From Balneolaceae bacterium (GTDB lineage: Bacteria > Bacteroidota > Rhodothermia > Balneolales > Balneolaceae): a DNA stretch of 64,000 nucleotides. Positions 19,307-28,868 of the stretch are shown here, piece by piece. Below the pieces are notes generated by a model. It saw nothing but the letters and a program-made list of their open reading frames with translations, had not been told where the DNA came from and searched no databases. The first letter of the stretch is position 1, and every line of letters starts with the position of its first letter. The position numbers were made by a program, and so were the translations under genes. The stretch is from contig JAVLBP010000005.1 in NCBI GenBank assembly GCA_031581145.1, forward strand, positions 17,376 through 81,375. Reading direction: 5' to 3'.

Positions 19307-20434
19307 GTGGAAAGGGTCCCAGTCCCCATAGAAAGGCTTCTTGCACTTTCTATTTATCCCAATGTGGGTGTCAAAACGTTGAATCAATTGTTGGATGCAC
19401 ACTTGGAATGTCCCAGTTCGACTTGGAACCCACAGTGGCTCCAAGACATGAGCGTCAAGAAAGCACCCCTAGCTAGGGTCATTTCTGATGGCATTATTCC
19501 TGAGGGTTTGCTTCGAGAAGCACGTGGGTGGATGCTAGAGTCTCAAAAGATTGAGGCTGCAATCGTAACCAGGCTAGATCCTGAATACCCAGAGATGATT
19601 CGTCATATTTTTGAACCACCCCCATTTTTATGGATGAGAGGGGATCTTGAGGCTCTAAAGAGACCTTTATTATCGGTTGTGGGCACACGCCGACCCACGC
19701 ATACGGCTGTTCGAGAGACAAAAATCATTGTCGAGGATTGTGCAAGAGCAGGTTTGGGCATTGTAAGTGGACTTGCCCAAGGTATTGATCAAGTAGCGCA
19801 TCGTGCGGCTTTAGATGCAGGAGGAGTCACCTTGGCAGTGTTTGGGTCCGGCATTAACCGGGTCTATCCAGCGCAACATCGTGCACTGGCCAAAGAAATA
19901 TTACAACAAGGTGGGCTACACATCTCTGAATTCCCACCAGGCGCTCCTCCGGCCAAACACCATTTTGTCAAACGGAATCGCATTATCAGTGGCCTTTCTC
20001 GTGCGTGTTTGCTAGGCCAATCAGCACGTAAAGGGGGGAGTATGATTACCCAGTCGTATGTCAAAGAACAAGGACGCGACTTTTATGCCATCCCCTATGC
20101 ACCTAGTGAGCCTCAAAGTGGTGGGTCACTCTATGCACTTCGCGATGGAGCATCGTTGACAAGGTCGGCCAATGATATTCTCTCTGAGAGTTATGAAGAG
20201 ATTCCATTAGAGTCTGATGCTACGACTGCCGACTCAACACAAGCGACGACCCCAACACTCACATTATTACAATCCGAAATCTTGAGTAGATGCGACTCAA
20301 CGCCTATATCCATCGATGTATTGATGCAAGCGATGCCAAATCAACGTAGCGAGGTCCTTTATGCGTTAGTAGAACTGGAATGGCTCCAACACATTAAGCG
20401 GTTGCCAGGAGATCAGTATATTCGGCTTGAATAA
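19307..20434 (+). CDS. dprA: DNA-processing protein DprA (Smf)
   Basis: 375 aa with VVGTRRPT, GLAQGIDQVAHRAAL, VFGSGINRVYP and the Rossmann-like DprA core. It starts 4 nt after obg. Confidence 0.88.
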   Translation: MERVPVPIERLLALSIYPNVGVKTLNQLLDAHLECPSSTWNPQWLQDMSVKKAPLARVISDGIIPEGLLREARGWMLESQKIEAAIVTRLDPEYPEMIRHIFEPPPFLWMRGDLEALKRPLLSVVGTRRPTHTAVRETKIIVEDCARAGLGIVSGLAQGIDQVAHRAALDAGGVTLAVFGSGINRVYPAQHRALAKEILQQGGLHISEFPPGAPPAKHHFVKRNRIISGLSRACLLGQSARKGGSMITQSYVKEQGRDFYAIPYAPSEPQSGGSLYALRDGASLTRSANDILSESYEEIPLESDATTADSTQATTPTLTLLQSEILSRCDSTPISIDVLMQAMPNQRSEVLYALVELEWLQHIKRLPGDQYIRLE

Positions 20435-20494
20435 TTTGAAAACAAAGGTTGTAGGCTCCAATCCCTCATTCTCAAATCCTTCTTCCAACGTCAC

Positions 20495-22075
20495 GTGAAC
20501 TCTGAACAGCGATCAACACTGCAGCAGAAGCAAAAGCAAGCACAAGGGCAAACCTTGTCGCCGCAACAAATCCAGTATGTGAAATTGTTGCAATTACCCA
20601 CTCTAGCGTTTGAGCAACGGGTAAAATCTGAGCTTGAGGAAAATCCACTCCTAGAGGAGGATACGCCTTGGGACGCTACGGAGTTGTCAGACAGTGACTC
20701 AACCGACGAACATACTGCCGAGTCAGAGTTGGAGGAAAAAGACCAAGAGCCCTCTGATGAGTGGGAAGAGTATCTCCAAAATAGTGAAGCAACCGATGAT
20801 GTTGTCAATCAACGTCCTGCACAAAAAGAGATCGATCGGCCTGATCCTTACGTAATGAATCTGCTAGAGCGCCTTGAGCAAGAAGTTCATTTGATGGATC
20901 TAGATCCGATGGACGAAGCGATTGCTGAGCAAATTTTGGGCTCACTGGATGATGATGGGTACTTTCGTCGTGACGAGACGGCGATTGCAGACCGTCTTGC
21001 CTTTGACCAAGGCTTCCCCGTCAATGAACACGATATTGAACGAGTTCGTCAGCTTGTGATGCGTCTTGAGCCGATTGGAGTTGCTGCAAAAACACTTCAG
21101 GAGTGCCTTTGGGTACAGCTTAATGAGGCAGACCATGACAGTCGGCTGGATTCACCGGTAAAACTTGCATCAGATATTGTGGGCAATCATTGGCCGTTGT
21201 TTGAAGCAAAACATTGGACGACACTCCAAGAGCAATTGGGTCTTACGCAGGAGGAGTTAACGCCAGCCCTTGAACGGATTCGAGCTTGTAATCCCAAACC
21301 AGGCTCCATTGAAGGGGATGATTCTCCTCAGTGGGTTATTCAAGAACCAGATGTGAGGATACAATTTTACACCTTTGGTGAATTGTCTCAACTCGATGTA
21401 ACGACACGAGCCTCATGGCTCGCGAATGGAGTCGATGGAGCGGCTCAAATCGAAACCGATGAGGGGGTATTTGTTATAAAACTCCATCCTAGAAACGCGC
21501 CCAAGCTTCGTTTATCAAGGCATTACAAAGCCATGTGGGACCAGCTTCAAGACTCTTCGTCTGAATCGAAATCCAAGGAGAACGAAGAGACCCGAGCATT
21601 TATCAAAGAAAAGATTGATGCAGCCACATGGTTCATGGACTCCATTGAGCAGCGCAAGCAAACGTTTTTGAGGACGATGACGGCCATTGTACGGCATCAA
21701 ACGGTCTATTTATCCACCGGAAAAGGGCTTAAACCCATGATTTTAAAAGATATTGCTGAAGACATTGGCATGGATATCTCAACAATTTCCCGAGTGGTAA
21801 AAGGAAAATCTCTTCAAACACCTCACCATAACCTTCAACTCAGAGACTTATTTACCGAAGGCATCCCTCTAAAAGACGGAGGTGAACTTTCTAGTTCGGA
21901 CGTTAAGGAGAAAATCCGAGCATGGATTCAGGACGAAGACCCAACAGCCCCCCTTGGCGACCAGACGCTCACGGATCAACTCAACCAAGAGGGAATTCAA
22001 ATTGCAAGACGAACCGTAGCCAAGTACCGCGAGCTTATGCAAATCCCTGTGGCTCGGCGTCGAAAGCAGTCATAA
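20495..22075 (+). CDS. rpoN: RNA polymerase sigma-54 factor
   Basis: 526 aa with an N-terminal Q-rich region I (LSPQQIQYVKLLQLP), an acidic region II, and the C-terminal HTH and RpoN box (ARRTVAKYRELMQIPVARRRK). Confidence 0.95.
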   Translation: MNSEQRSTLQQKQKQAQGQTLSPQQIQYVKLLQLPTLAFEQRVKSELEENPLLEEDTPWDATELSDSDSTDEHTAESELEEKDQEPSDEWEEYLQNSEATDDVVNQRPAQKEIDRPDPYVMNLLERLEQEVHLMDLDPMDEAIAEQILGSLDDDGYFRRDETAIADRLAFDQGFPVNEHDIERVRQLVMRLEPIGVAAKTLQECLWVQLNEADHDSRLDSPVKLASDIVGNHWPLFEAKHWTTLQEQLGLTQEELTPALERIRACNPKPGSIEGDDSPQWVIQEPDVRIQFYTFGELSQLDVTTRASWLANGVDGAAQIETDEGVFVIKLHPRNAPKLRLSRHYKAMWDQLQDSSSESKSKENEETRAFIKEKIDAATWFMDSIEQRKQTFLRTMTAIVRHQTVYLSTGKGLKPMILKDIAEDIGMDISTISRVVKGKSLQTPHHNLQLRDLFTEGIPLKDGGELSSSDVKEKIRAWIQDEDPTAPLGDQTLTDQLNQEGIQIARRTVAKYRELMQIPVARRRKQS

Positions 22076-23485
22076 TAAATCTGCCATGAGAAGTGCCGTT
22101 TGTCCAGCGTTTGTTTGAAGCAATAACAACAGTATAAAGCCTGGTAAGCCAACAGAAAGAAGTGACCATAGGGTTGATTTCAAGATGACAACATGTTGTT
22201 TTGGGCGCGACATATTCCATATCGCAACAACCCCAAAGAATGCCTGAAAGCCCACAGCCCCACCAAGAATCCATCCAATCCCTTGGTCGAGCACACCCAG
22301 GCCATAGAGTACGACCCATCCAACCCACCAAACCCCGTGAAGATGCTCCATCCACCCAAGAATAGAACTGGATTCCGAAAGCGATGGCTGATGTGAACTG
22401 ATGTAGACAAGCAGCCATTGATAACCCACCCAACAAAAAATAATAGGAAACCAAAACCACAAGCCCATCCAGTACTTGTCGATGGGATAAGGGAGAATCG
22501 CTGCGCTCATCCACCCATGGGTAACTTGCGCAGAAAACCCACCCATCAACCATGAGGGGATAATGGACGAGATAAACAACACCGCTGCCAGCATCCATAT
22601 GACACTCCAACGACCCTCTCTAAGATTGCGAGAGTTACGCAACGTCACACCAGCTCGACCATTGATGAAGGTGCGATAGAGTCGTTGTGAGTAGTACTTC
22701 TGGCGTCGTATAAATAAGGCAAAGACCATAAAAACAATGCCCCATAATATCGTTGGTTGACGAGAAAGAGCATTGTCAGGTTGCTCCTCCGCAAAAGGAA
22801 TAGCCGTTCGTCTCCCATCAGCCCAGTCACCAAAGATGGGACCTAAAGCTGGCTTCAGCGTTAGTATCTGTTTATATAACGACTCCTCTATCCAAATCGA
22901 TGTAGCCGAGCTTTCACGTAGAGACTCCAACACGATTAACATCTCAGGAAGCGTAGCATCAGGCCATGGTCCCACCCAAATGTCACCCTCCAGGAGTCCA
23001 TTATCTAGCCCATTCAATGTGGCGTCCAAATCAGCTAAAGAGACAATCCATTCTGTGTGATCCACAGCGCTTAATGATGGTGGACGTGGAAGGATGGAAG
23101 GGTCATCTCCATCGAGTGTGACACCATCGCGAGACCACAGCTCAAAGGTTTGTAATCGTGAGCGATTTGGGGAGAGTAAATAAAGCTGATCAGTCACCTG
23201 GTGGTATCGATCCATTGTCAGCGCATGGGCTTCATCATCCTCGATCGTAGAGGGCGCAAACCATAAATAGGGTTCTGGGTAGACCCACCGCTTTGAGACC
23301 CCCTCGACACCACCCGACATGCCTGAATCGGCTGTAACACGTTGATTACTCCAAATTCCAACCTTGAGCGGGGATTGCGCCGATTCCCCAATCGCAGATT
23401 GCCCGAATGCCAACTGCCCAAACGCCAACTGGCCAACTAAAAGGCAGCTCCAAATGCAGGCGAATCCCATCACCAATGCTCTCAT
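22070..23485 (-). CDS. Hypothetical protein: signal peptide, periplasmic domain and C-terminal multi-TM domain
   Basis: The track ORF runs to a TTG at 23581. ATG 23485 (MRALVMGFACIWSCLLVG...) gives a plausible signal peptide. The C-terminal roughly 230 aa contain 6-7 hydrophobic helices. A DUF4271-like identity is possible but unverified. The 3' end overlaps the rpoN stop by 6 nt (convergent). Confidence 0.7.
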   Translation of the reverse strand: MRALVMGFACIWSCLLVGQLAFGQLAFGQSAIGESAQSPLKVGIWSNQRVTADSGMSGGVEGVSKRWVYPEPYLWFAPSTIEDDEAHALTMDRYHQVTDQLYLLSPNRSRLQTFELWSRDGVTLDGDDPSILPRPPSLSAVDHTEWIVSLADLDATLNGLDNGLLEGDIWVGPWPDATLPEMLIVLESLRESSATSIWIEESLYKQILTLKPALGPIFGDWADGRRTAIPFAEEQPDNALSRQPTILWGIVFMVFALFIRRQKYYSQRLYRTFINGRAGVTLRNSRNLREGRWSVIWMLAAVLFISSIIPSWLMGGFSAQVTHGWMSAAILPYPIDKYWMGLWFWFPIIFCWVGYQWLLVYISSHQPSLSESSSILGWMEHLHGVWWVGWVVLYGLGVLDQGIGWILGGAVGFQAFFGVVAIWNMSRPKQHVVILKSTLWSLLSVGLPGFILLLLLQTNAGQTALLMADLL

Positions 23486-23577
23486 GGTACACCAACTCAT
23501 GCGTGACCGATTTATGTTCAATCGATACACGTTCAATCGACACACGTTCATCCCATGTAAGCTCACCCATTGCAAGA

Positions 23578-24066
23578 TCAACGACCTGCCCCCTTTACCG
23601 TAACCGTTTTTTCAATCGGGATGTTTTGGGACTCTTTGAAGGTTGACAACACAATATTAGACCGTGTTTTACTCACGCCCCCCCATGACTGCACTTGGGA
23701 TAAAAATTGTTCAAAGGTGGTGGTATTCTTTGTTCGAACTTTAAGCATGTGAGACCCTTCACCCGTAATACTATGACATTCTAACACCTCAGGGTGTTCA
23801 GAGGCATGTTTAACAAACTCTGGATAATGATGGGAGCCATCCACTTCCACAAAAATGAACGCCGTGATGTCAAAATGAAATGATGTTGCGTCGAGAATAG
23901 CAACATAGTCTTGAATTAACCCCCGCTCCTCCAATTTCCTCATTCTCTCCGAGACGGAAGGCACTGACAAATGAACCACATCAGCAATTTCATTTCTCTG
24001 CGCGCGCCCAGCTTTTTGAAGGTGATTTAAGATTTTGATGTCAATTTCATCCAAGACAACACTCAT
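23578..24066 (-). CDS. Lrp/AsnC-family transcriptional regulator
   Basis: 162 aa with an N-terminal HTH (LDEIDIKILNHLQKAGRAQRNEIADVVHLSVPSVSERMRKLEERGLI) and a C-terminal RAM/AsnC domain. Confidence 0.92.
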   Translation of the reverse strand: MSVVLDEIDIKILNHLQKAGRAQRNEIADVVHLSVPSVSERMRKLEERGLIQDYVAILDATSFHFDITAFIFVEVDGSHHYPEFVKHASEHPEVLECHSITGEGSHMLKVRTKNTTTFEQFLSQVQSWGGVSKTRSNIVLSTFKESQNIPIEKTVTVKGAGR

Positions 24067-24248
24067 TTACGCCCCGTATTTAGGATTTAAAGTCAAAGTT
24101 ATTAATGTGAATATTCAAGATAACCTAACAATATTTGGCAATCAATCGATGTTGGGACAGCGCAAGAAAGGTCAAGACCCCTTAACCTACCATGTTAATG
24201 TACGTTTCTGACTCACGGAACTCATCGATATTTCATACCTTTTGAGCC

Positions 24249-25532
24249 ATGTTAGATATCCAACGATTACGTGAACACCCCGACCTGATTAAGCAAGGGA
24301 TGCTTGCCAAAGGTGAAACAGAAACCTCCTTGGTGGATAATGCCATTCAAGCAGATGAAACCTGGCGACAAGCTGTAGCTGAGCTTGATAGCAAAAGGGC
24401 AGAAGCCAATAAGCAGGCTAAAGAGATTGGCCAGTTAATGGCTCAAGGCAAAAAAGATGAAGCAGAGGCGATTATTGCCAAAACAGGGGAGGCCAAAGAG
24501 GCTCTAAAAACCCTTGAAGAGGGGCTTTTGGAGCTTAAAGAGGCACGAGACGGTTACCTACTACGTATCCCCAATATCCCACATGAGTCTGTCCCGGTTG
24601 GGTCAACTCCCGAGGATAATCAAGCCATACACCACCACGGGGAGGCTCTCTCGGATACTTGGAGAAAGCCTCACTGGGAGATTGCCGAGGAGCAGGGGTG
24701 GATTGATTTCAAGCGTGGAGTTAAAGTGACGGGGGCGGGATTTCCATTTTATGTTGGCCCCATTGCACGACTCCAAAGAGCCCTAATCCAATATTTCTTA
24801 GACACTGCCTCAGATGCTGGGTTTACTGAGATACAACCCCCTTTTGTGGTGAATGAAGACTCCGCTCGGGGAACGGGGCAGATTCCTGATAAGGAAGATA
24901 TGATGTATGTGATTCCAAGAGATGAATTTTTCACCATTCCTACAGCTGAAGTTCCAGTGACCAATTTTCATCGCGATGAAGTGCTTTCTGCATCGGACTT
25001 ACCCCTTAAGTACTGCGCCTATACTCCTTGTTGGCGACGAGAGGCAGGATCCTATGGCAAAGAGGTTCGTGGGCTCAATAGGCTCCACCAATTTGACAAG
25101 GTTGAGCTCGTTTATATGGTCCCAGCTTCGACCTCCTATGAAGCGCTCGAGGAATTGCGCTCTTATGTGGAGTCTTTAATCGAAGCTTTGGGGCTTTCCT
25201 ATCGCACGTTACTCATGTGCACAGCAGACATGGGCTTCACGCAGTCCAAAAAGTATGATATGGAGGTTTGGAGCCCAGGTCAGCAACGGTGGTTAGAAGT
25301 CAGTTCTTGCTCCAATTTCGAAGATTTTCAAGCGCGAAGAATGATGATTCGTGCCAAAGATGAGCAAGGGGCTATTGAGCTTGTCCACACGCTGAATGGC
25401 TCCGGTCTTGCTCTTCCTCGAATTGTTGCAGCGATCATTGAGCAATATCAGCAACCGAACGGGGAAATCCAGGTTCCTGACGTGTTACGCCCTTATATGA
25501 GGACAGATTCTCTGGGAATTTCCTCAGACTGA
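24249..25532 (+). CDS. serS: Seryl-tRNA synthetase
   Basis: 427 aa with an N-terminal coiled-coil arm and class II motifs (TAEVPVTN, CWRREAGSYGKEVRGLNRLHQFDKVE, LNGSGLALPR). Confidence 0.97.
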   Translation: MLDIQRLREHPDLIKQGMLAKGETETSLVDNAIQADETWRQAVAELDSKRAEANKQAKEIGQLMAQGKKDEAEAIIAKTGEAKEALKTLEEGLLELKEARDGYLLRIPNIPHESVPVGSTPEDNQAIHHHGEALSDTWRKPHWEIAEEQGWIDFKRGVKVTGAGFPFYVGPIARLQRALIQYFLDTASDAGFTEIQPPFVVNEDSARGTGQIPDKEDMMYVIPRDEFFTIPTAEVPVTNFHRDEVLSASDLPLKYCAYTPCWRREAGSYGKEVRGLNRLHQFDKVELVYMVPASTSYEALEELRSYVESLIEALGLSYRTLLMCTADMGFTQSKKYDMEVWSPGQQRWLEVSSCSNFEDFQARRMMIRAKDEQGAIELVHTLNGSGLALPRIVAAIIEQYQQPNGEIQVPDVLRPYMRTDSLGISSD

Positions 25533-26127
25533 GCCACTGCGGGTTTCCTGTTCGAAGCGTGTTGGCGTGCGGCGTCATCGTCAACAGCCTCAAATGAACG
25601 AAGACGAGCCAGTATCTCAGTAGGATCTTCCATCGTGATAATAGACGTACGTAGCTGTTTGCCTCCACGGATCCCTTTGAGGTATGCGCCATAATGTTTT
25701 TTCATAATGTTGACACCAAAACGTTCTCCATGGTGTTCTACAGATCGCTCAAGCTGAGTCGCACATGCCTCTACTCGCCTTGCTGCTTTCATGGGCGCAA
25801 GTTGCTCGCCATGATCTAAAAGCGCACGCGCTTGTTCAAAGATGAAGGGGTTGCCAATCGCTCCACGTCCAATCATGACGCCATCCACACCAGTTTCATC
25901 AAACATTTTTTTTGCCAATTCTGGCGTGGTTACATCTCCATTGCCAATCAGAGGAATCGTGAAACCAGGGGTCTCTTTAATTTTGGCCAACCACTCCCAT
26001 CGTGCATCGCCTTTATACTTTTGATTTCGGGTCCGGGCATGAACCGTCAGTGCTTTTACACCAACCTCTTGGAGCATGAGTGCCACTTCTTGAATTTTGA
26101 TGGAGTCTTCATCCCAGCCAAGACGTG
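25493..26127 (-). pseudogene. 5'-truncated tRNA-dihydrouridine synthase fragment (dus remnant)
   Basis: The 197-aa track ORF (25493..26086) matches residues about 150-285 of the full Dus at 28720..29721 almost perfectly. It has its own diverged C-terminal tail and lacks the N-terminal FMN-binding half. Homology stops abruptly at 26127. The 3' end overlaps the serS 3' end by 40 nt. Confidence 0.8.
25711..26127. repeat. 417-bp direct repeat, copy 1 (internal dus sequence)
   Basis: I aligned this copy to 28869..29285 block by block at a constant offset of 3158. Only two mismatches were found, at 25788 T vs 28946 G and at 25796 C vs 28954 T. Confidence 0.95.
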
Positions 26128-28868
26128 AATCTTGTATGGAATCTGAAAAATGTAAACATAATCTTTACAGTTTTGTGATTATTCCTAAATTGATAGTATA
26201 GTCCACTTGCAAAATCAAAAATAAAGTCGGTTGTAGCTATGGATGATGTTTCTAAAAAAGGAAAGGTATCAAGAAAAGATTTTTTAAAGGCATCGACTCT
26301 TATAACCGGTGGGTTGACGGTATTACCCTCTGCACTCAGAGCTGCGCTTTTAACTGATGAGAGAGTAACCAATTCAGAGGTTCAGGATTACCAAATTGTA
26401 TATAGAAAAAGCAATGATAATTCAATAGAAAAGAAGGCAGCTCAACAGCTCAAGGATTATCTGGCAAAGGCAGATATCGACTTTCCTATTGCTGATGAGG
26501 CTTCTTTTCAAGGCAAAAAAGGAATTTATATTGGACATACCCGTTTTTCTGAACAACTGGGTATTGACTACGAGCAAATCGCAAAAGATGGATACGCTTT
26601 CAGAACTCAAGGCGATAATTTTGCAATCGCGGGGGGTTCGGAGAAGGGAGTACTTTACGGCGTTTACGGATTTCTTGAAGCGTTAGGTTATCGAAAATAT
26701 GATTCTGTAAGTACATTTGTACCGGATATTAACTCTGTTGAAATTCCCTCAGATTCGATCTCTATACCTGGGATGAACTATCGTCAGACCAACTACTACA
26801 ATACAGCTGATGGCGATATTTTTGACTGGCATAGACTCGACAGTAGTGAGAAATCGTGGGGAATGTTTGTGCATACATTTCATGAACTGGTTCCACCGGA
26901 AAAGTATGCTGAATCTAATCCTGAGTATTACTCGTGGCGAGGTGGAAAGCGAAATCCAAGTACTCAGTTATGCCTTTCGAATGATGAAGTTTTTGAGGTT
27001 GTCGTTGAAAATCTACGAAAAAGAATGGCTGAAAAACCCGAAGCGCTTTATTGGTCTGTGAGTCCGGAAGATAATGATCAGTATTGTACATGTGATCCCT
27101 GCACAGAGTTAAATGAAAAATATGGTGGAACACGACCAGAATTGGAATATGGAGTGCCAAGTGGGTCACTTATCTATTTTGTGAATAAAGTGGCAAAGGA
27201 ATTTCCTGATAAAATTATATCTACGCTGGCCTACTGGTATACACGCCAAGCGCCGGACCATATTAAAGCCGGTCCCAATGTCAACATTATGTTGTGTCCA
27301 ATTGGTCCTGCCCGGCATAGACCTATATATGAAACCGCCCCGTCATTCACCAGCGATTTAGAGGATTGGGGGAAAATCAGTGAAAGAATTTTGATCTGGG
27401 ACTATAATATTCAGTTTGCAAATCCAATCAGTCCCTTTCCGAATCTTCACACTCTGAAACCAAATATTAAATTTTACAAGGAGAACAATGTAGATTCTCT
27501 GTTTATGCAGGCAACGTCGCAAGCCGGAAGTGAAATGGGGAGTTTGAGATCATATCTGATCAACAAGCTGATGTGGAATCCTGAAGCTGATGAAGATATG
27601 ATCATGAACGATTTTCTTGAAGGATATTTTGGAGATGCTGGGACATACATATCTCAGTACATTGATACGATGAGAGAGGCACTGCTGGCAACTAACCACG
27701 AACTTAAGATTTTTGATTCTCCAATTGATGCAAAGGAGACTTATTTGTCAGCTAGTTTAATGGAAGATTATGAGGAGATGTTTAATCTTGCAGAGCAGGC
27801 TGTGGAAGGAGACGCTGAAAGATTACGACGAGTTAGAATTGCGAGGCTCCCATTGATGTTCGCTCAGATTCAAATAGGCCGCACAGAAGTGGATACACCC
27901 CGAAGTATGTTCTTACATAACAGAGAGGGGAGAATCGTCGTTAAGCCTGAAATGAGAGAGCTTGTAAATCAGTTTGTGGATCGTTGTAAGGGATATGGAG
28001 TCAACCGAATCAGGGAAAGAACCACATCTGCAGATGAATACTTGCTGGCGTATGAGCGTATTTTTGATAAGATGGAGGAGGTGGCCACTTCAATATCACT
28101 CCATAAAAAAGTGACCCCCATTACCAAAAGTAGTGAACAGACGAAAGGAGTCGAAGCACTGACCGATGGAGTTTTCGGATCCGATGAGTCATGGAGATTC
28201 CCGGATAAAATTGGCGTAAATTGGGTTGGTTTTGAGGGAGAGCACATGGAGTTCGTTCTTGATTTAGAAGAAATTCAATCTATTCAAACCATTAATATGG
28301 ATTTCTTAAATGCCCAGGCTCAACCGAAATGGCACCTCACAATTTTACCTAAATTTGTGGAGTATCAATTATCAGTTGATGGTGAAAATTATGAGGATCC
28401 CGTACGTATAGAAAATCCTCATGATCCAAATCCTGATAATAATCCTGAGGTCACAAGTATTCGGGTTCAGTCTTTTCGTGCAGACATTGAATCCAAACAG
28501 GCCAGATACATAAAAGTGCATGCCGAGAGTCCGATTGAGATGCCCTCATGGCACATCAGAGCAGGAAACCCGGCCAAGATTTATTCGGATCAGATTGTGG
28601 TTATGTAAAGAGTTTTTGTAATAACAAAATACTGAACTGAGTAATTTGTGAGGATTTAATAGCCGCTTCGTGGATCTTTTAATTAAGATTCATCTCATCT
28701 TGCTGAAAGTAAAGATGATTTAAGCCACCGCGTAAAGTTCTTCCTCTTTAAAGTTCAGCAGAAGTTCCAGGATCGGATCCATCTCTTTTTCCTGCATGAT
28801 TTCTCCACGCAGTTTCTGGCTGTTTCGAATTCCTTTCAGGTATTGTCCGTAGTGTTTTTTCATCATGA
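26128..28868. other. Putative acquired insert between the two dus repeat copies (low G+C)
   Basis: This sequence lies between the repeat copies. It holds one DUF4838-like gene and a diverged dus 3' tail (28720..28868). Hand G+C counts give 19/60 at 26401..26460 and 20/60 at 27421..27480, versus about 31-34/60 in flanking housekeeping genes. Confidence 0.6.
26239..28608 (+). CDS. Secreted DUF4838-like putative glycoside-hydrolase-like protein with C-terminal discoidin (F5/8 type C)-like domain
   Basis: 789 aa with an N-terminal Tat-like signal context (SRKDFLKASTLITGGLTVLP). The long central region is remembered as DUF4838-type, but that assignment is unverified. The C-terminal roughly 150 aa (ALTDGVFGSDESWRF...WVGFEG...) look like a carbohydrate-binding discoidin fold. 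Confidence 0.6.
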   Translation: MDDVSKKGKVSRKDFLKASTLITGGLTVLPSALRAALLTDERVTNSEVQDYQIVYRKSNDNSIEKKAAQQLKDYLAKADIDFPIADEASFQGKKGIYIGHTRFSEQLGIDYEQIAKDGYAFRTQGDNFAIAGGSEKGVLYGVYGFLEALGYRKYDSVSTFVPDINSVEIPSDSISIPGMNYRQTNYYNTADGDIFDWHRLDSSEKSWGMFVHTFHELVPPEKYAESNPEYYSWRGGKRNPSTQLCLSNDEVFEVVVENLRKRMAEKPEALYWSVSPEDNDQYCTCDPCTELNEKYGGTRPELEYGVPSGSLIYFVNKVAKEFPDKIISTLAYWYTRQAPDHIKAGPNVNIMLCPIGPARHRPIYETAPSFTSDLEDWGKISERILIWDYNIQFANPISPFPNLHTLKPNIKFYKENNVDSLFMQATSQAGSEMGSLRSYLINKLMWNPEADEDMIMNDFLEGYFGDAGTYISQYIDTMREALLATNHELKIFDSPIDAKETYLSASLMEDYEEMFNLAEQAVEGDAERLRRVRIARLPLMFAQIQIGRTEVDTPRSMFLHNREGRIVVKPEMRELVNQFVDRCKGYGVNRIRERTTSADEYLLAYERIFDKMEEVATSISLHKKVTPITKSSEQTKGVEALTDGVFGSDESWRFPDKIGVNWVGFEGEHMEFVLDLEEIQSIQTINMDFLNAQAQPKWHLTILPKFVEYQLSVDGENYEDPVRIENPHDPNPDNNPEVTSIRVQSFRADIESKQARYIKVHAESPIEMPSWHIRAGNPAKIYSDQIVVM

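Noticed and set aside
22035-22610. 191-aa minus-strand ORF and several 60-80-aa ORFs overlapping 22070..23581
   Set aside because: These are alternative frames of the membrane-protein gene. The 503-aa frame has coherent TM helices and spans the whole interval.
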